Below, piece by piece: positions 13,476-26,472 of a stretch of 64,000 bases of DNA. The notes under the pieces were generated by a model that searched no databases, was not told the DNA's origin, and was given only the letters and a program-made list of their open reading frames with translations. Source of the stretch: Octopus bimaculoides (taxonomy: Eukaryota). Made by a program: the position numbers and the translations under genes. Where the stretch lies: contig NC_068998.1 of the NCBI RefSeq assembly GCF_001194135.2, positions 2,830,939-2,894,938 of the forward strand. The letters run 5' to 3'. How positions within the stretch are numbered: the first letter of the stretch is position 1; every line of letters starts with the position of its first letter.

Positions 13476-14405
13476 GGTCAGGGTTAAGCACTGGCTCTTA
13501 GAGAACTCTGTGGAATTTAGATGTTTACACAATATTTGCTTTACGTTATGAATTCAAATGCCATTGAGATTGATTCCCATTTTACACAACTAACAACCAT
13601 CCCTCTCTGGGTCTCATTAGGGGAAGAGTAAGGGAAAGAAGAGAGATAAGGAGAGAGGTAGGGTGAAGGCGATGAAGAACAACGACAACAAAAGTCAACC
13701 CAAGAACTGAACAGGGACTTTGTCTGTCCCAAAAGGATAAAAAACAATATCGACCTCGGCAGGATTTGAACTCCGAGCGCAGAAGACTGCAACGAAAATA
13801 CCATGAAGCATTCTTCCTAATGCTCCAACGCCTCTGCCAATAAAACCAGAACCTACCAGAACATTGCCTATGTGCTTATAATAGTCTTATAAATGAAACC
13901 TGTAAGGCTAATCTAAACCAAGTATGATGGGCTTTGGAAACGGTGATGCCTCCTTCTAGTTCTTTAATCACAAACAGATGAAAGGTATGAAAAGCATTCC
14001 ATCCATGCCCAGCCAGATATATTTTCGACTGTGTGATTTGAGGAAGATTTCGCTGCTATTTTTACCAGGTTTTACGATCACATAGGATCTCCTTCGTTCC
14101 ATCTATATTTTTATGCTGCAAGATGGATGGGTTCTTCTATTCTTTGGCCACCCGTCTACTCCTGCACCCCGCCCCTTACATCACACAACCCTCTACCTAA
14201 AAATAAGCAAGTTATCCAATCCTTCCACCCTTGAACTAAACCCCTTCCATCCCACTGCAACTCTAAGCGTCTTCAGAAATTGCTAATCGCCCAGTCGAAC
14301 GGGAGGCCAAACAGAGTTATGTACCTTGATGAAAGACTTTTTTTTTCTACAATTCCTTGTAACGATATGGTTTAATATTGCAACACACACACACACACAG
14401 AGTCG

Positions 14406-14666
14406 AAGGCGTGGCTGTGTAGTAAAAAGTTTGCTTCCTAACTGAATGGTTCTGGGGTCAGTCCCAACATGTAACACCTTGGGCAAGTGTCGTCTACTAT
14501 AGCCTCAGGCCACGGAAACTGAAAGAAGCTTTAGTGCGCGCGCGCGCGTAACCCGGCGGTTCGGCAAATAAGACCAACAGAACAAGTACAAGACTTTTTT
14601 AAAAAATAAGTAGTTCGTAGCAATGCCCCAGTATGGGCTCTGTTCACTGACTGAAACAAGTGAAAG
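14406..14666 (+). mobile_element. Internally deleted OR/CORE-like SINE
   Basis: Head, core and tail segments are all similar to the 57346 copy. Confidence 0.85.
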
Positions 14667-14877
14667 GTAAGCTGGACACACATGCGATGGCATCAAAGAC
14701 GTACAGGTATATTAAGGAGCAACGCAATTTTAGCCGCGCCAATTCAGGGTCAAAAAAAGTTTTGAACGCGTTTAACGAATGTAATTATAGGCCAAACTTC
14801 GCATTTAGGACCTAGGTGATCGATCAATTGATTGATCGATTGATGGATGGATAAGTTTCCTTGATTTTCCTCTACAG

Positions 14878-14986
14878 AACGTTAAGAGCTCACCATACAC
14901 TGAGAACAAGCTGGACACACTACAGCTAAAACCGACACATTATCTAACACACAGAGATCCCGACGCACGAAGACATTATCAAACAG
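14878..14986 (+). CDS. Candidate internal exon of an orphan gene
   Basis: Strong acceptor tttccttgattttcctctacag and donor CAG|GTGAAC. Only one frame is open: NVKSSPYTENKLDTLQLKPTHYLTHRDPDARRHYQT, phase 1 out. Confidence 0.45.
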
Positions 14987-16179
14987 GTGAACATACCAAC
15001 ACATCTCCTTACGTACTTCACCTAATTATTCTCTTAATCCAAATGAGTTTTAATCCATTTAAGTCATTACGGATAATAACGAAATATAATGTATTAGAAG
15101 AGATAACTATATCTAATGTATTAGAGGCAGATAATTTTTGGATTCTTTTAGTATTAACTACAGATTACTGTAAGAGAGAAAGCAGTGTATGTGTGTGTTT
15201 GGGAGGGGGTGTAAATAGGTGGCGGTGGTGGTGGTGAAAGTGAACGAACGATGTGAGTGAATGTGTACGAACTGGAATGAAAGATAGTGCACGTGTATGA
15301 TAGAAAGAGAAAGGGTGAAAATGAGAGACATTGAATGAGAGAGAAAGAAAGAGGCATAGAAGAAGAAATGAAGAGAGACAGAGAGAGAAAATGTGAATGA
15401 GAGGAGAGAGAAAATGTGAATGCTAGAGAGAGAGGCAGAGAAAAGTGAGAGAAAGAGATTGAGGTGATTTTGTTATATAATTCTATTGGATAATCCTTTA
15501 TTTTTTAATCCCCCACTCATCTTACCTCAGCCCACCTGTCTTAAGATTGGATAAAAAATAATTACCTAAAAATATCAAATAGACATTTATACACATAGGT
15601 AAATACAGGTGAATGTGTTAGAGTAGGGGGAGAGAGTCAATGAAGGAAGGAGAGAGGAAAACACAGGTGAGAGAGAAACAGAATCATAGAGGAACTGAGA
15701 GAGGGTCAGGTGTGAATACAGGTAAATATAGGAGACAGCGAGCAGAGGAGAGAATCATTGAAAAAAGAAGAGTCATACGTACAGGTAAATACAGGTAAAC
15801 AGAGTTGTATGTGACAGTGTGATAGTCACAGAGATAGTGAATAGATAAGTAGGTAGGTGGGTGGAATAGGTTGACAGATCTGTTGCTAAGTATGTAGGTA
15901 GGTAGGTAAGTTGGTAGGAAAGCAGGTTGGTAGGTTTATAGGTAGATCACTGAGTAAGTATGTAGGTATATAGGTGGGAGATTGACGGGTAGACTAGTGA
16001 GTGGAACAGGTAGGCAATTAAGAGTGAAAACAGGTAAATAGGTGGGTAATAGATACAGAGGAGGGTAAATATTGTGGATAGGTAGTTAAGAGGGTGGATA
16101 GAAAGAGGGTGGAAAGCTCTCAATATGGGTAGAGAGGTTAACGATACAGGTAAATAATTAATGATGCCTTCATTGTTTT

Positions 16180-16418
16180 ACTTGTTTTGTTTCAGTCATT
16201 GAACTGTGGCCATGCTGGATCACTACCTCAACAGGTTTACTTGCGTGGATTGGCCTCAGTAATTATTTTAAAATCTGGAACTAATTTAGTTGGTCTCTTT
16301 TTGCTGAACCACTAAGTTACAGGAATGTAAACAATATCCAGTTGTGGAACAATGAAAGGCAAACACAAGTACACACACTCATACATAAACACAAATATAC
16401 ATATGCATATATACATAC

Positions 16419-16463
<45 letters not shown>

Positions 16464-16670
16464 CACACACACATACATATATCTACACACACATATATAT
16501 ATACATATATACACACATGCACATACTCACATATATCTACACAAATTCCCTCATAAGGCTCTGGTTGGCTCAGTTATAAAAGTAAACAAGATGCCCAGGA
16601 TGCCATGCAGTGGGACTGAACCTGAAGCTACACGGCTGCAAACCAAACCTCTTAACCACACAGCCATGCC
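16180..16670 (-). mobile_element. OR/CORE-like SINE with expanded internal (CA/TA) microsatellite
   Basis: Tail at 16180-16340 and head at 16545-16670, in reverse orientation. Confidence 0.8.
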
Positions 16671-17235
16671 TGTACTTTGCTATGTATATGGGTAGAGAGT
16701 TAGCAATTTGGGTAGATAGCAAGTTAGTGATACAGGGTGGACAGATTGGTAATGAGGGTGGCTAGCAATTGAAATGGGTGGCTAGGTCATAAGGTTGGGA
16801 GCAAGTACCTGGACAGGTGTGGGTAGGTAACTGACTTTGATGACTAATAAGGTGTGGGAGGAAGATGAATGAATCATAATTGTCTAATTATGACCCAGAT
16901 TTGGGGTGGATGGGCTCAGGAATGTTAGGTGGTAAGCAAGGGGGTGGTCATAATTGGAAGGGAGAGGAAGTAGATCTATTCTTGGTCTCAGGGCTTAAAT
17001 TCACTGACCTTTTAAGGTCATCTCACATACCCACCCACCCAATTGTCATTACTCATGAACAACCTATTGACACACAGCTAAACCCACCACACACCAGTCA
17101 ATGAGGAAGTTTCTATGGGGTTGCTCAACATACTAGAAACACCAGCCAAAATAATATACTGGCACAAAGTCAACCTAGAGTTAAATAACAGCAATAGTTT
17201 GTTTGCTTCCTTTATCGTTTAGTACCAGTTATTAT

Positions 17236-17546
17236 CGGTATCAGGACAAAATCCCCCAAAGACAAATCTTAAGCAAAAATATCAACTAATAAATATTAAA
17301 AATTTTTTTAATAAAATTTCACTTTCCTAAAATATTTTTATTGTAAAGAAAGAACAATATCCTGGGGGATATTGACTGCTGAGGGATTTTATCAGGTGGG
17401 GGTGGATTTGCCCTTGGTGAGGTTTTGTCTTCAGGAGGGATTTTGTCTTCCGGGGTGGAATTTTGTCGTCGGGGAATTTTGTCCTCGGGGGAGATTTTGG
17501 CCTTGGGGGAGATTTTATCCTCGGGAGAGATTTTGTCCTAGTATTG
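17236..17546. mobile_element. Foldback/MITE-like non-autonomous DNA transposon
   Basis: Imperfect 22-bp TIRs (cggtatcaggacaaaatccccc vs reverse complement caatactaggacaaaatctctcc). About 8 tandem ~17-nt subrepeats (ggggattttgtcctc-like) in the right arm. TTAT duplicated on both flanks. Confidence 0.7.
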
Positions 17547-18849
17547 TTATAATCACATCACTAACTTCAGAAAAACACTTCAAATATTAGCTGTCAGGAC
17601 CCTACAACCTTCAAAACTTCCATGCTTCCTGAAATTTGCTCACCTGATACACACCTGATATCCACTCCACACCTTTTTCTTTTATGACTCATTCACCTTT
17701 TCCTGTGCTTTATTCTATGTCCTGGTTATGCACTTTTCTAGAGGGGTTATGGTGTACCAGAGCAGCACTGGATACAATAAGTTTATTTTTTTATAAAATG
17801 AGCAGAATGAAGTATAGAGACATCATGGATACTGTGATGGATGTGATATATATATATAGTGACATTATTGATACTGTGAGTGGTGTATTGTATAATGATA
17901 TCATGGATGAAAGTTGGTGCTCCAGCATGGCCAAAACTAAAAATTATCTGTTGGGCTTCCACATAGTTTCCATCTACCCAATTTGTTTTCAAGGTATGGG
18001 CTGCCTCAAGGTTATTAAAAAAATGATATTTTCCCAAACTACCATGTGCTTCAATTGAACCAAGGACCTCATAGGTGTGATGCAAATTTCTTAACCACCA
18101 GCCCCATATATGCATATACTTATATAAATGGTGGAAAATCTAAGTTTGATGAAGACATCAGAAAATAGAAAATGAAGTGTCATGTCTTAAGATCTATTCT
18201 GATCTTAACAGAGCATTGTCAGTGCCATTGAAAAGACAGATTCCAGACAAGTTCTCAAAGATTTCTCCAAGATTCTGTCATGGACAGAAGTTCTTTGAGA
18301 AACATGGTAAAAATAAAACACATATACATGCACAATATATACATACACACACACACACACAAAGTCATTCCTTAAGTGGGGCTTTTTGCATACGAATTTA
18401 CTTTTATTTTGTAATTTTTTTTTCTCCTGCCTGTTTTTATAATTTTATTTTTAACTCTTGTCATTTCTAACGCCACCACCACCACAACCACCGCTGCCGC
18501 CGCCGCCGCCACCACCACCACCACCACCAACAACAACAACATCACAACCAACAATAACAACACTTACAAGAAGAAAAATGCTGACAAAATCATAACAACA
18601 CAAACAGCAGTCTCATGAGAGAATGCAGTCACTACACATGCTAGAAAGAGCAGTCAGACATTCCACACCCTACAAGCTTAGATAAGGAAAGACTGCATCA
18701 GTTAATACATTTAAAAAATAGGATGGTCATGATCGGATTGTCTTTGATCATCCATCTGTTTCACTGATGTTGACCTGGGGTTAAACAACAACATGACCAA
18801 AATTAGTCTCAAATTTTGGCACAAGGCCAGCAAGGCCATGCTCGAATGT

Positions 18850-19172
18850 TGTTTGTCAGGTACCACCGACACATGTGCTGGTAAGGTGACACTGGCAACG
18901 ATCACACTCAGATGGTGCTTTCAATGTTCCGCGGGCACGAGCGCCAATCAGGCGGTACTGTCATCAGTCACGTCAGCAATTTTGATTTTGATTCCACTTG
19001 CCTCAACAGGTCTTCACAAGCAAGGTTTATTGTCCAATGAATGAGGGGTATTCATAAATGGGCTGGTCACACCCACTGGCATAGGCCATGGGTTATGGTC
19101 TCACTTGGCTTGTCGGGTCTTCTCAAGCACAGCATATCTCCAAAGGTCCCAGTCACTAGTCACAGCCTCAGT
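18850..19172 (-). mobile_element. RTE-clade LINE 3' end fragment
   Basis: EAVTSDWDLWRYAVLEKTRQAK* at 19101-19172, plus the reverse complement of the same 3' UTR unit seen at 35318. Confidence 0.8.
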
Positions 19173-19750
19173 ATTGACAAAGTAATCTGAATGCCAAAGG
19201 CTTAGCACCACCAACACAAAATCTCTATTATGACCACCACCAATGAAAACAAACATTACCACCACCACCACCATCACATACACACTGGTCATCACTAACA
19301 CCACCAAAACACATCATCATCATCACCATGAACAACCTACAAAACTCTCTATGGCTACCAACATTAATTAATTACCATGACCATCACAACAACAACAACA
19401 GCAGCATATATACCAGCCTCTACAGGTCACCATCAATACCATCACGACAACAACAACACTATACACACCTAAAAACAGTCACCACCACCACCAACAACAG
19501 TACAACCAATAACAACTTCAACACCATTGCGACCACCACTGCCGCCATCATCAATATACACACTGACAAACACACCAGTCACCAACCATCCCCACCACCA
19601 CCACCATACATACACCTATCACCATCACACCTGCCCCCACCACCCACCACCATCGCATACCATTTTTCTAACCTCTTACGTCACAATTTCTATCATCTCA
19701 AAAGATTCTATTTATTTATTTTTGACTGTTCATTCTTCAAAACTCTTCAG

Positions 19751-19875
19751 ATGTCAATTCAGCACCGTTTCGAGAGATAACCTTCGACAATGGCAAGTTG
19801 TCGTCAGATCAGGAACAGAACAACACTTTAACCATTCTCGCAGACAACAGAAGCAGCAAGAAGAATGAGAGATAA
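19751..19875 (+). CDS. Candidate terminal exon of an orphan gene
   Basis: Acceptor ttttgactgttcattcttcaaaactcttcag. Phase-1 frame (D)VNSAPFREITFDNGKLSSDQEQNNTLTILADNRSSKKNER*. Several AATAAA at about 19940-20000, then GT-rich sequence. Confidence 0.45.
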
Positions 19876-20388
19876 AAATTATCAGTCAATTCTTGGAAAA
19901 GAAAAACAAAACAAGAAAAATAATAAGTCTAAAGTAAAAATAAATAAAAATAAAATTAAACCATATAAATAAATAAAAAGTAAAAGAAAGAAATAAAAGT
20001 TTTTGTATTTGGTTTGTAGGATTTTTTATGTGAACTTATGTGTTAAAACATATTTTGTTGCATCTTGGGGTGGGTTGCTATGCCAGTAAACACATGCACT
20101 GGTTCTATTTCACTTCCTTCATTATTATTAGTCAATTTACCTTTATGTTCTGAGTTCAAATACTGCCAAGGTCAATTTTGCCTATCATCCATTCAAATTT
20201 CCCCAAGGATGAGATGCTAGTCTCTCACTCCCAGTCTGTCTAAACAGTGGCAAGATGAATGGTTGAATGGATAAGGCATTGGTTTGCCTAATCAGAGGCC
20301 TTGAGTTCAATTCAACTGTTGGTGCTTCATTGCTTTTTATCCTGTGCAAAACAATTTATTCTTAATTATTTCAATCCAGCTAGCTCTT

Positions 20389-20565
20389 AATAGGTAGCAC
20401 CAGATCACCTGTGACTAACGAAAATTACCCATCAACAGGTACCACCAGATCAACTGTGACAGACCAGTATTACCTCAGTCCATCTAGTTGTCAACAGGTA
20501 CCACCAGACCACAGATGACAAACGTTATCTCAGTCTACATGGCCATTAACAGGTGCCATCATCTG
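20389..20565 (+). repeat. Degenerate 45-60 bp tandem repeat, about 3.5 units
   Basis: Recurrent aacaggtaccaccagatc..ctgtgac. Confidence 0.7.
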
Positions 20566-20779
20566 TATGTGTGCTCATATAACGGATAACCAACATAGTA
20601 CACAAAAGCATTATTCTTCTCCATATTCTATCCACAAGACTGTGGCCATGCTACAGCACCACCTTCACACAGATGCACGTGTGTGTGTGTGTGCGTACCT
20701 ATATACAAACACAAGAAGGGGGCATAACCAATATCTATATCACATTTAACAATGCATTATATATATATATATACATATA

Positions 20780-21710
20780 NNNNNNNNNNNNNNNNNNNNN
20801 NNNNNNNNNNNNNNNNNNNNNNNNNNNNNNNNNNNNNNNNNNNNNNNNNNNNNNNNNNNNNNNNNNNNNNNNNNNNNNNNNNNNNNNNNNNNNNNNNNNN
20901 NNNNNNNNNNNNNNNNNNNNNNNNNNNNNNNNNNNNNNNNNNNNNNNNNNNNNNNNNNNNNNNNNNNNNNNNNNNNNNNNNNNNNNNNNNNNNNNNNNNN
21001 NNNNNNNNNNNNNNNNNNNNNNNNNNNNNNNNNNNNNNNNNNNNNNNNNNNNNNNNNNNNNNNNNNNNNNNNNNNNNNNNNNNNNNNNNNNNNNNNNNNN
21101 NNNNNNNNNNNNNNNNNNNNNNNNNNNNNNNNNNNNNNNNNNNNNNNNNNNNNNNNNNNNNNNNNNNNNNNNNNNNNNNNNNNNNNNNNNNNNNNNNNNN
21201 NNNNNNNNNNNNNNNNNNNNNNNNNNNNNNNNNNNNNNNNNNNNNNNNNNNNNNNNNNNNNNNNNNNNNNNNNNNNNNNNNNNNNNNNNNNNNNNNNNNN
21301 NNNNNNNNNNNNNNNNNNNNNNNNNNNNNNNNNNNNNNNNNNNNNNNNNNNNNNNNNNNNNNNNNNNNNNNNNNNNNNNNNNNNNNNNNNNNNNNNNNNN
21401 NNNNNNNNNNNNNNNNNNNNNNNNNNNNNNNNNNNNNNNNNNNNNNNNNNNNNNNNNNNNNNNNNNNNNNNNNNNNNNNNNNNNNNNNNNNNNNNNNNNN
21501 NNNNNNNNNNNNNNNNNNNNNNNNNNNNNNNNNNNNNNNNNNNNNNNNNNNNNNNNNNNNNNNNNNNNNNNNNNNNNNNNNNNNNNNNNNNNNNNNNNNN
21601 NNNNNNNNNNNNNNNNNNNNNNNNNNNNNNNNNNNNNNNNNNNNNNNNNNNNNNNNNNNNNNNNNNNNNNNNNNNNNNNNNNNNNNNNNNNNNNNNNNNN
21701 NNNNNNNNNN
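20780..21710. other. Assembly gap (N run)
   Basis: Other gaps: 628-660, 6188-6218, 9438-9447, 22603-22710, 23498-24323, 26473-27393, 28375-28677, 33126-34072, 39859-40012, 41267-41671, 44100-44109, 44447-44917, 54000-54121, 55289-55557, 60061-60964. Most abut (TA)n. Confidence 0.99.
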
Positions 21711-22379
21711 ATATATACATATGTATATATATAGATAGTTAGATCTGACTTTGAGCCTGTACCAATAAGTGTGCCTTTATCTGGTTGCTGGACATGCTAG
21801 AACTAGCAGCCAAATTTACTCTCTTGCTAAAATAAAAGGAAGGACAGATTCGATAATTTGGTCCTGGATAGTGTACATTTAAAAACAACTGGATGGTCAT
21901 GGCTGGGATGTCTTTCAACATTACACCTGCTCTAATCGGACTGACCAGAGCACAACAACAACCACATCAAGAGTAAAGCATAAAGATTAAAGAAACAACA
22001 TGATAGTCTGAGTGACAAGTTTGAAAATCACACATGTCATTTTGATAATTTTAATTTTTTTAAAAGATAACTAATTACAGACATTCTTACCCAGATCGGT
22101 AAATTAGAGTTAAACTTAACCACAGCATCATTTATTAAGGAAAACCTAATCAAAAACTGCGCGTAATTACGTGAAAAAGGCTTCTTTTGAAGTGGCAATT
22201 AGGTCAAATACAGGAGTTTAGCGAAAAGAAGTTTCTTTCGCTGTTTCTTGTAGGTCAGCATGGGCTGTCTTTTCAACTCATTGGACACGTCCTAACTATA
22301 TCTATTGACAGACAGATATACATACATTTCTCTGAAGGCCTGTGTGTATGTGTGTGGTATAACTACAGATTCCTGCCCA

Positions 22380-22602
22380 CCCCCGACTTTGAATGATCAG
22401 AACTTTCAGAAAAATGGATATTTTTTCATGAAATTTTCTACGAATATGCGTTATATCATGTAGATTGCGAATATGCAAATACAGATTTCCCCCATAAGTA
22501 TATTCAGAATCTATACGATATAACACATATCCGTAGAAAATTTCATGATAAAATATCCATTTTTCTGAAAGTTATGATCATCCAAAGTTGAGGGGGGGGG
22601 GG
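22380..22602. mobile_element. Palindromic MITE (about 95-bp arms, 25-nt spacer)
   Basis: 22380-22474 is the reverse complement of about 22500-22595, with roughly 10 mismatches, mostly transitions. The right end runs into an N-gap. Confidence 0.85.
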
Positions 22603-22710
22603 NNNNNNNNNNNNNNNNNNNNNNNNNNNNNNNNNNNNNNNNNNNNNNNNNNNNNNNNNNNNNNNNNNNNNNNNNNNNNNNNNNNNNNNNNNNNNNNNNN
22701 NNNNNNNNNN

Positions 22711-22755
<45 letters not shown>

Positions 22756-24323
22756 CGCAGAGGCATTGCGATACGAATAACCCAGTGGTTAGAAAGTCAA
22801 TATACACATCCCCCCCACACATCTTTGTAAATATATACACGTATATACATTAACGAGTTTGGTAGAGCAAACAGGAGAAATATCTATTCAATACAAGCGT
22901 GCATATGTTTGTTTGTTTGTTTGTTTTAATATTTCTTTTAATCAGCAGAAAGTTACTAAAATGAATAAGGGATCGAGAAACCGTGCAACACATTTTACAT
23001 GAGACATACAATTATATACTGCTACCTGGACACGTTCTCGACATGTATCTCATACACACACTGTATATACATATACATATATATATTTATGTATATACAT
23101 ATTTGTGTGTGTGCGTGTTTATACAGTCATTCTTTCACTAGTGTCTCCACAACTCCACAGAATTCTAAACAATCTAACATGTGTCTATTGTGGACTTGAC
23201 CTCAACAAAACAACCGTTGGAGAAGGAGGCGGGGCAGATGGAGGAGGAGGAGATGGCCCCCCCCCAACAGCATAACATGACAAACACATTCTACTACCAT
23301 TGATGTGTGTGTATGTGTGAGAATATATGTATGCATGTGTTTGTGTGTGTGTGTATGTGTGGAGTGTTGATTGTTAGGCGTGTGTGAGCATGCTGCAGAA
23401 ATCTTTTGAAAACGGTGGATATTGTATACACAACTTCAAGCACAATGAATGTGTATGTGTGTGTTATATGTAAATGTGTGTGTGTTGTATATATGTCNNN
23501 NNNNNNNNNNNNNNNNNNNNNNNNNNNNNNNNNNNNNNNNNNNNNNNNNNNNNNNNNNNNNNNNNNNNNNNNNNNNNNNNNNNNNNNNNNNNNNNNNNNN
23601 NNNNNNNNNNNNNNNNNNNNNNNNNNNNNNNNNNNNNNNNNNNNNNNNNNNNNNNNNNNNNNNNNNNNNNNNNNNNNNNNNNNNNNNNNNNNNNNNNNNN
23701 NNNNNNNNNNNNNNNNNNNNNNNNNNNNNNNNNNNNNNNNNNNNNNNNNNNNNNNNNNNNNNNNNNNNNNNNNNNNNNNNNNNNNNNNNNNNNNNNNNNN
23801 NNNNNNNNNNNNNNNNNNNNNNNNNNNNNNNNNNNNNNNNNNNNNNNNNNNNNNNNNNNNNNNNNNNNNNNNNNNNNNNNNNNNNNNNNNNNNNNNNNNN
23901 NNNNNNNNNNNNNNNNNNNNNNNNNNNNNNNNNNNNNNNNNNNNNNNNNNNNNNNNNNNNNNNNNNNNNNNNNNNNNNNNNNNNNNNNNNNNNNNNNNNN
24001 NNNNNNNNNNNNNNNNNNNNNNNNNNNNNNNNNNNNNNNNNNNNNNNNNNNNNNNNNNNNNNNNNNNNNNNNNNNNNNNNNNNNNNNNNNNNNNNNNNNN
24101 NNNNNNNNNNNNNNNNNNNNNNNNNNNNNNNNNNNNNNNNNNNNNNNNNNNNNNNNNNNNNNNNNNNNNNNNNNNNNNNNNNNNNNNNNNNNNNNNNNNN
24201 NNNNNNNNNNNNNNNNNNNNNNNNNNNNNNNNNNNNNNNNNNNNNNNNNNNNNNNNNNNNNNNNNNNNNNNNNNNNNNNNNNNNNNNNNNNNNNNNNNNN
24301 NNNNNNNNNNNNNNNNNNNNNNN

Positions 24324-25470
24324 CGTGTTACTCACATTGTACACATTTATATACACAACCTTATTGTCATTTCGCATATATACACACATCGTCTTGTTTA
24401 CGTTACAAACCTACATACATGAAGACATACATACATACACACACATACATACATATACACACAGGTCTGCTGACACAACACACACCTATATAAATTACAT
24501 ACACACACTGTTTACATTTCATACACATATACACACGTACAGTTTACACAGCATAAACACACACACCTACACATACACACACACGTATACATTTTACTCA
24601 CATGTGTACATTAATACATATAGTCATTCATTCATACGTACTCAAATACAAACACAGGTGCGTATATATGTATATGAATGCGCACACACATACTGTTTGC
24701 ATTACACAGCCATAAATACATATACTTAATGTTGACTACACACATACACACTATATATACCCGCGCGCTCTGAAATACACAGTTGCACTCCCGTGAAACC
24801 ATCATTCTCTCCTAACAACCCGTATATGCCCACCCCTTCAGACATCAACCTTAAGATATTTCAAACTTAAAACCTCAACTGTCTTCGTTTCACTCGTCTG
24901 GGAAAGTCTGCCAAGGTCAAGGACATTGCTCCTCCCCTCGGGCTTTTGTTTAATTCATTACAAACTAATATTGTTGAGAATGTATATACATATGTTGCAT
25001 ATATAAATTACACCCACATATCCGTATATACAACCTCCTGACATTGCACATACATACACACTTATTTACATCACGCATACAGTCTGCTTACAATACATAC
25101 ACACATACATATATATATACACACATACATTTTGCTTACACTGCACATACATACCTATACAACTTGTTTACATTGCACACATACATACACACTCCTTACT
25201 GACATTGCACACACATGCACATACAACTTACATACACACACACAAGCATCCATTGCAGATTCAACACACAAACACCTGCTTTCATTGTACACATATATAC
25301 ACACTTTAGGCACATATATACACAGCACTTACTTACAATTCAAGGCTTATACCATGTATTCGTGCACATATACACACCTTGTTTACACTGCACACATATA
25401 CAATCACTTTTTGCTCACATTACAAACATATACACACATCCTATTAACATTACACATATCTTTACATACA
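24324..25470 (+). repeat. Degenerate (CA/TA) low-complexity region
   Basis: Continuous acac/atac/tacac variants, interrupted at about 24760-24980. Confidence 0.85.
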
Positions 25471-26436
25471 TTCACTCTGAAGTAGAGGGCACGTCTGGAC
25501 ACCCTGGCTGTATTGCTAGTACTCCTCAAAGAATCTCACTGAATATCGTAGAATATATATATATATATACACACATCTATACATAGCATTTTTAATATAG
25601 AAACGTGTGTTCTCTAGTTTATTATAATTTTAAAATTTAAACACCAATGAGCCCCGTGGTAGATGTATATATAATATATCACGGGGTATATATATATATA
25701 TATATATATGGCTGGAAGTGGCTCGAATTGGTACTGCATATGTACCACCACACCCTCGTTTAAAATACATGTACTCGGACGGAGACAAGACTACACCTCA
25801 CAAGACATTGGGTGTATGTATGTGTGTGTATGTATATATAGATAGATAGATACATACATACATACACACCGTTAACGTTATCAATTGTCCAGTGTACCCG
25901 GATATCTTCTGAATTTTCAGTAATATTTATGTCGTTGAGATTTTAATCACTCGCATTAGATTTGTTTGAGACTAGCAAGTCACCCACCCACATATATATA
26001 CACCCAACGTATATGTACACATCATAGACGCATTCAGAAAACTGACAAACCTTTTCAAATATTCACACACAAAAAAGACATTTAAATCTCTATCACACGC
26101 ATACATACACAGAACAACATTGATTTTCACACATACGCTATAAGACAACATTTAAAACTCTCTCACATACATACACACACATGACAACATTCAAATTTTT
26201 CATACACACTGACAAACACATTTGCCTTTTGATTAAACTCACTAACACACCTGTATTATACGCATAACTACAAATGCACGTATTCACACATACGTCAGTT
26301 ATTACACACACACACGTGTGTGTGTATGTGTGTATTTATGTATATGTATACTTCACTTCTTAATTAGGCCTTCTTATCAAGTTTTATTAATTAAAGGTTT
26401 CTTTTAATAATAATGTTTTCAATACATAAACACACA

Positions 26437-26472
<36 letters not shown>

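Noticed and set aside
17390-17540. Regularly spaced short direct repeats resembling a CRISPR array
   Set aside because: The units are contiguous with no unique spacers, the DNA is eukaryotic, and there are no cas genes. They are subterminal repeats of a MITE.
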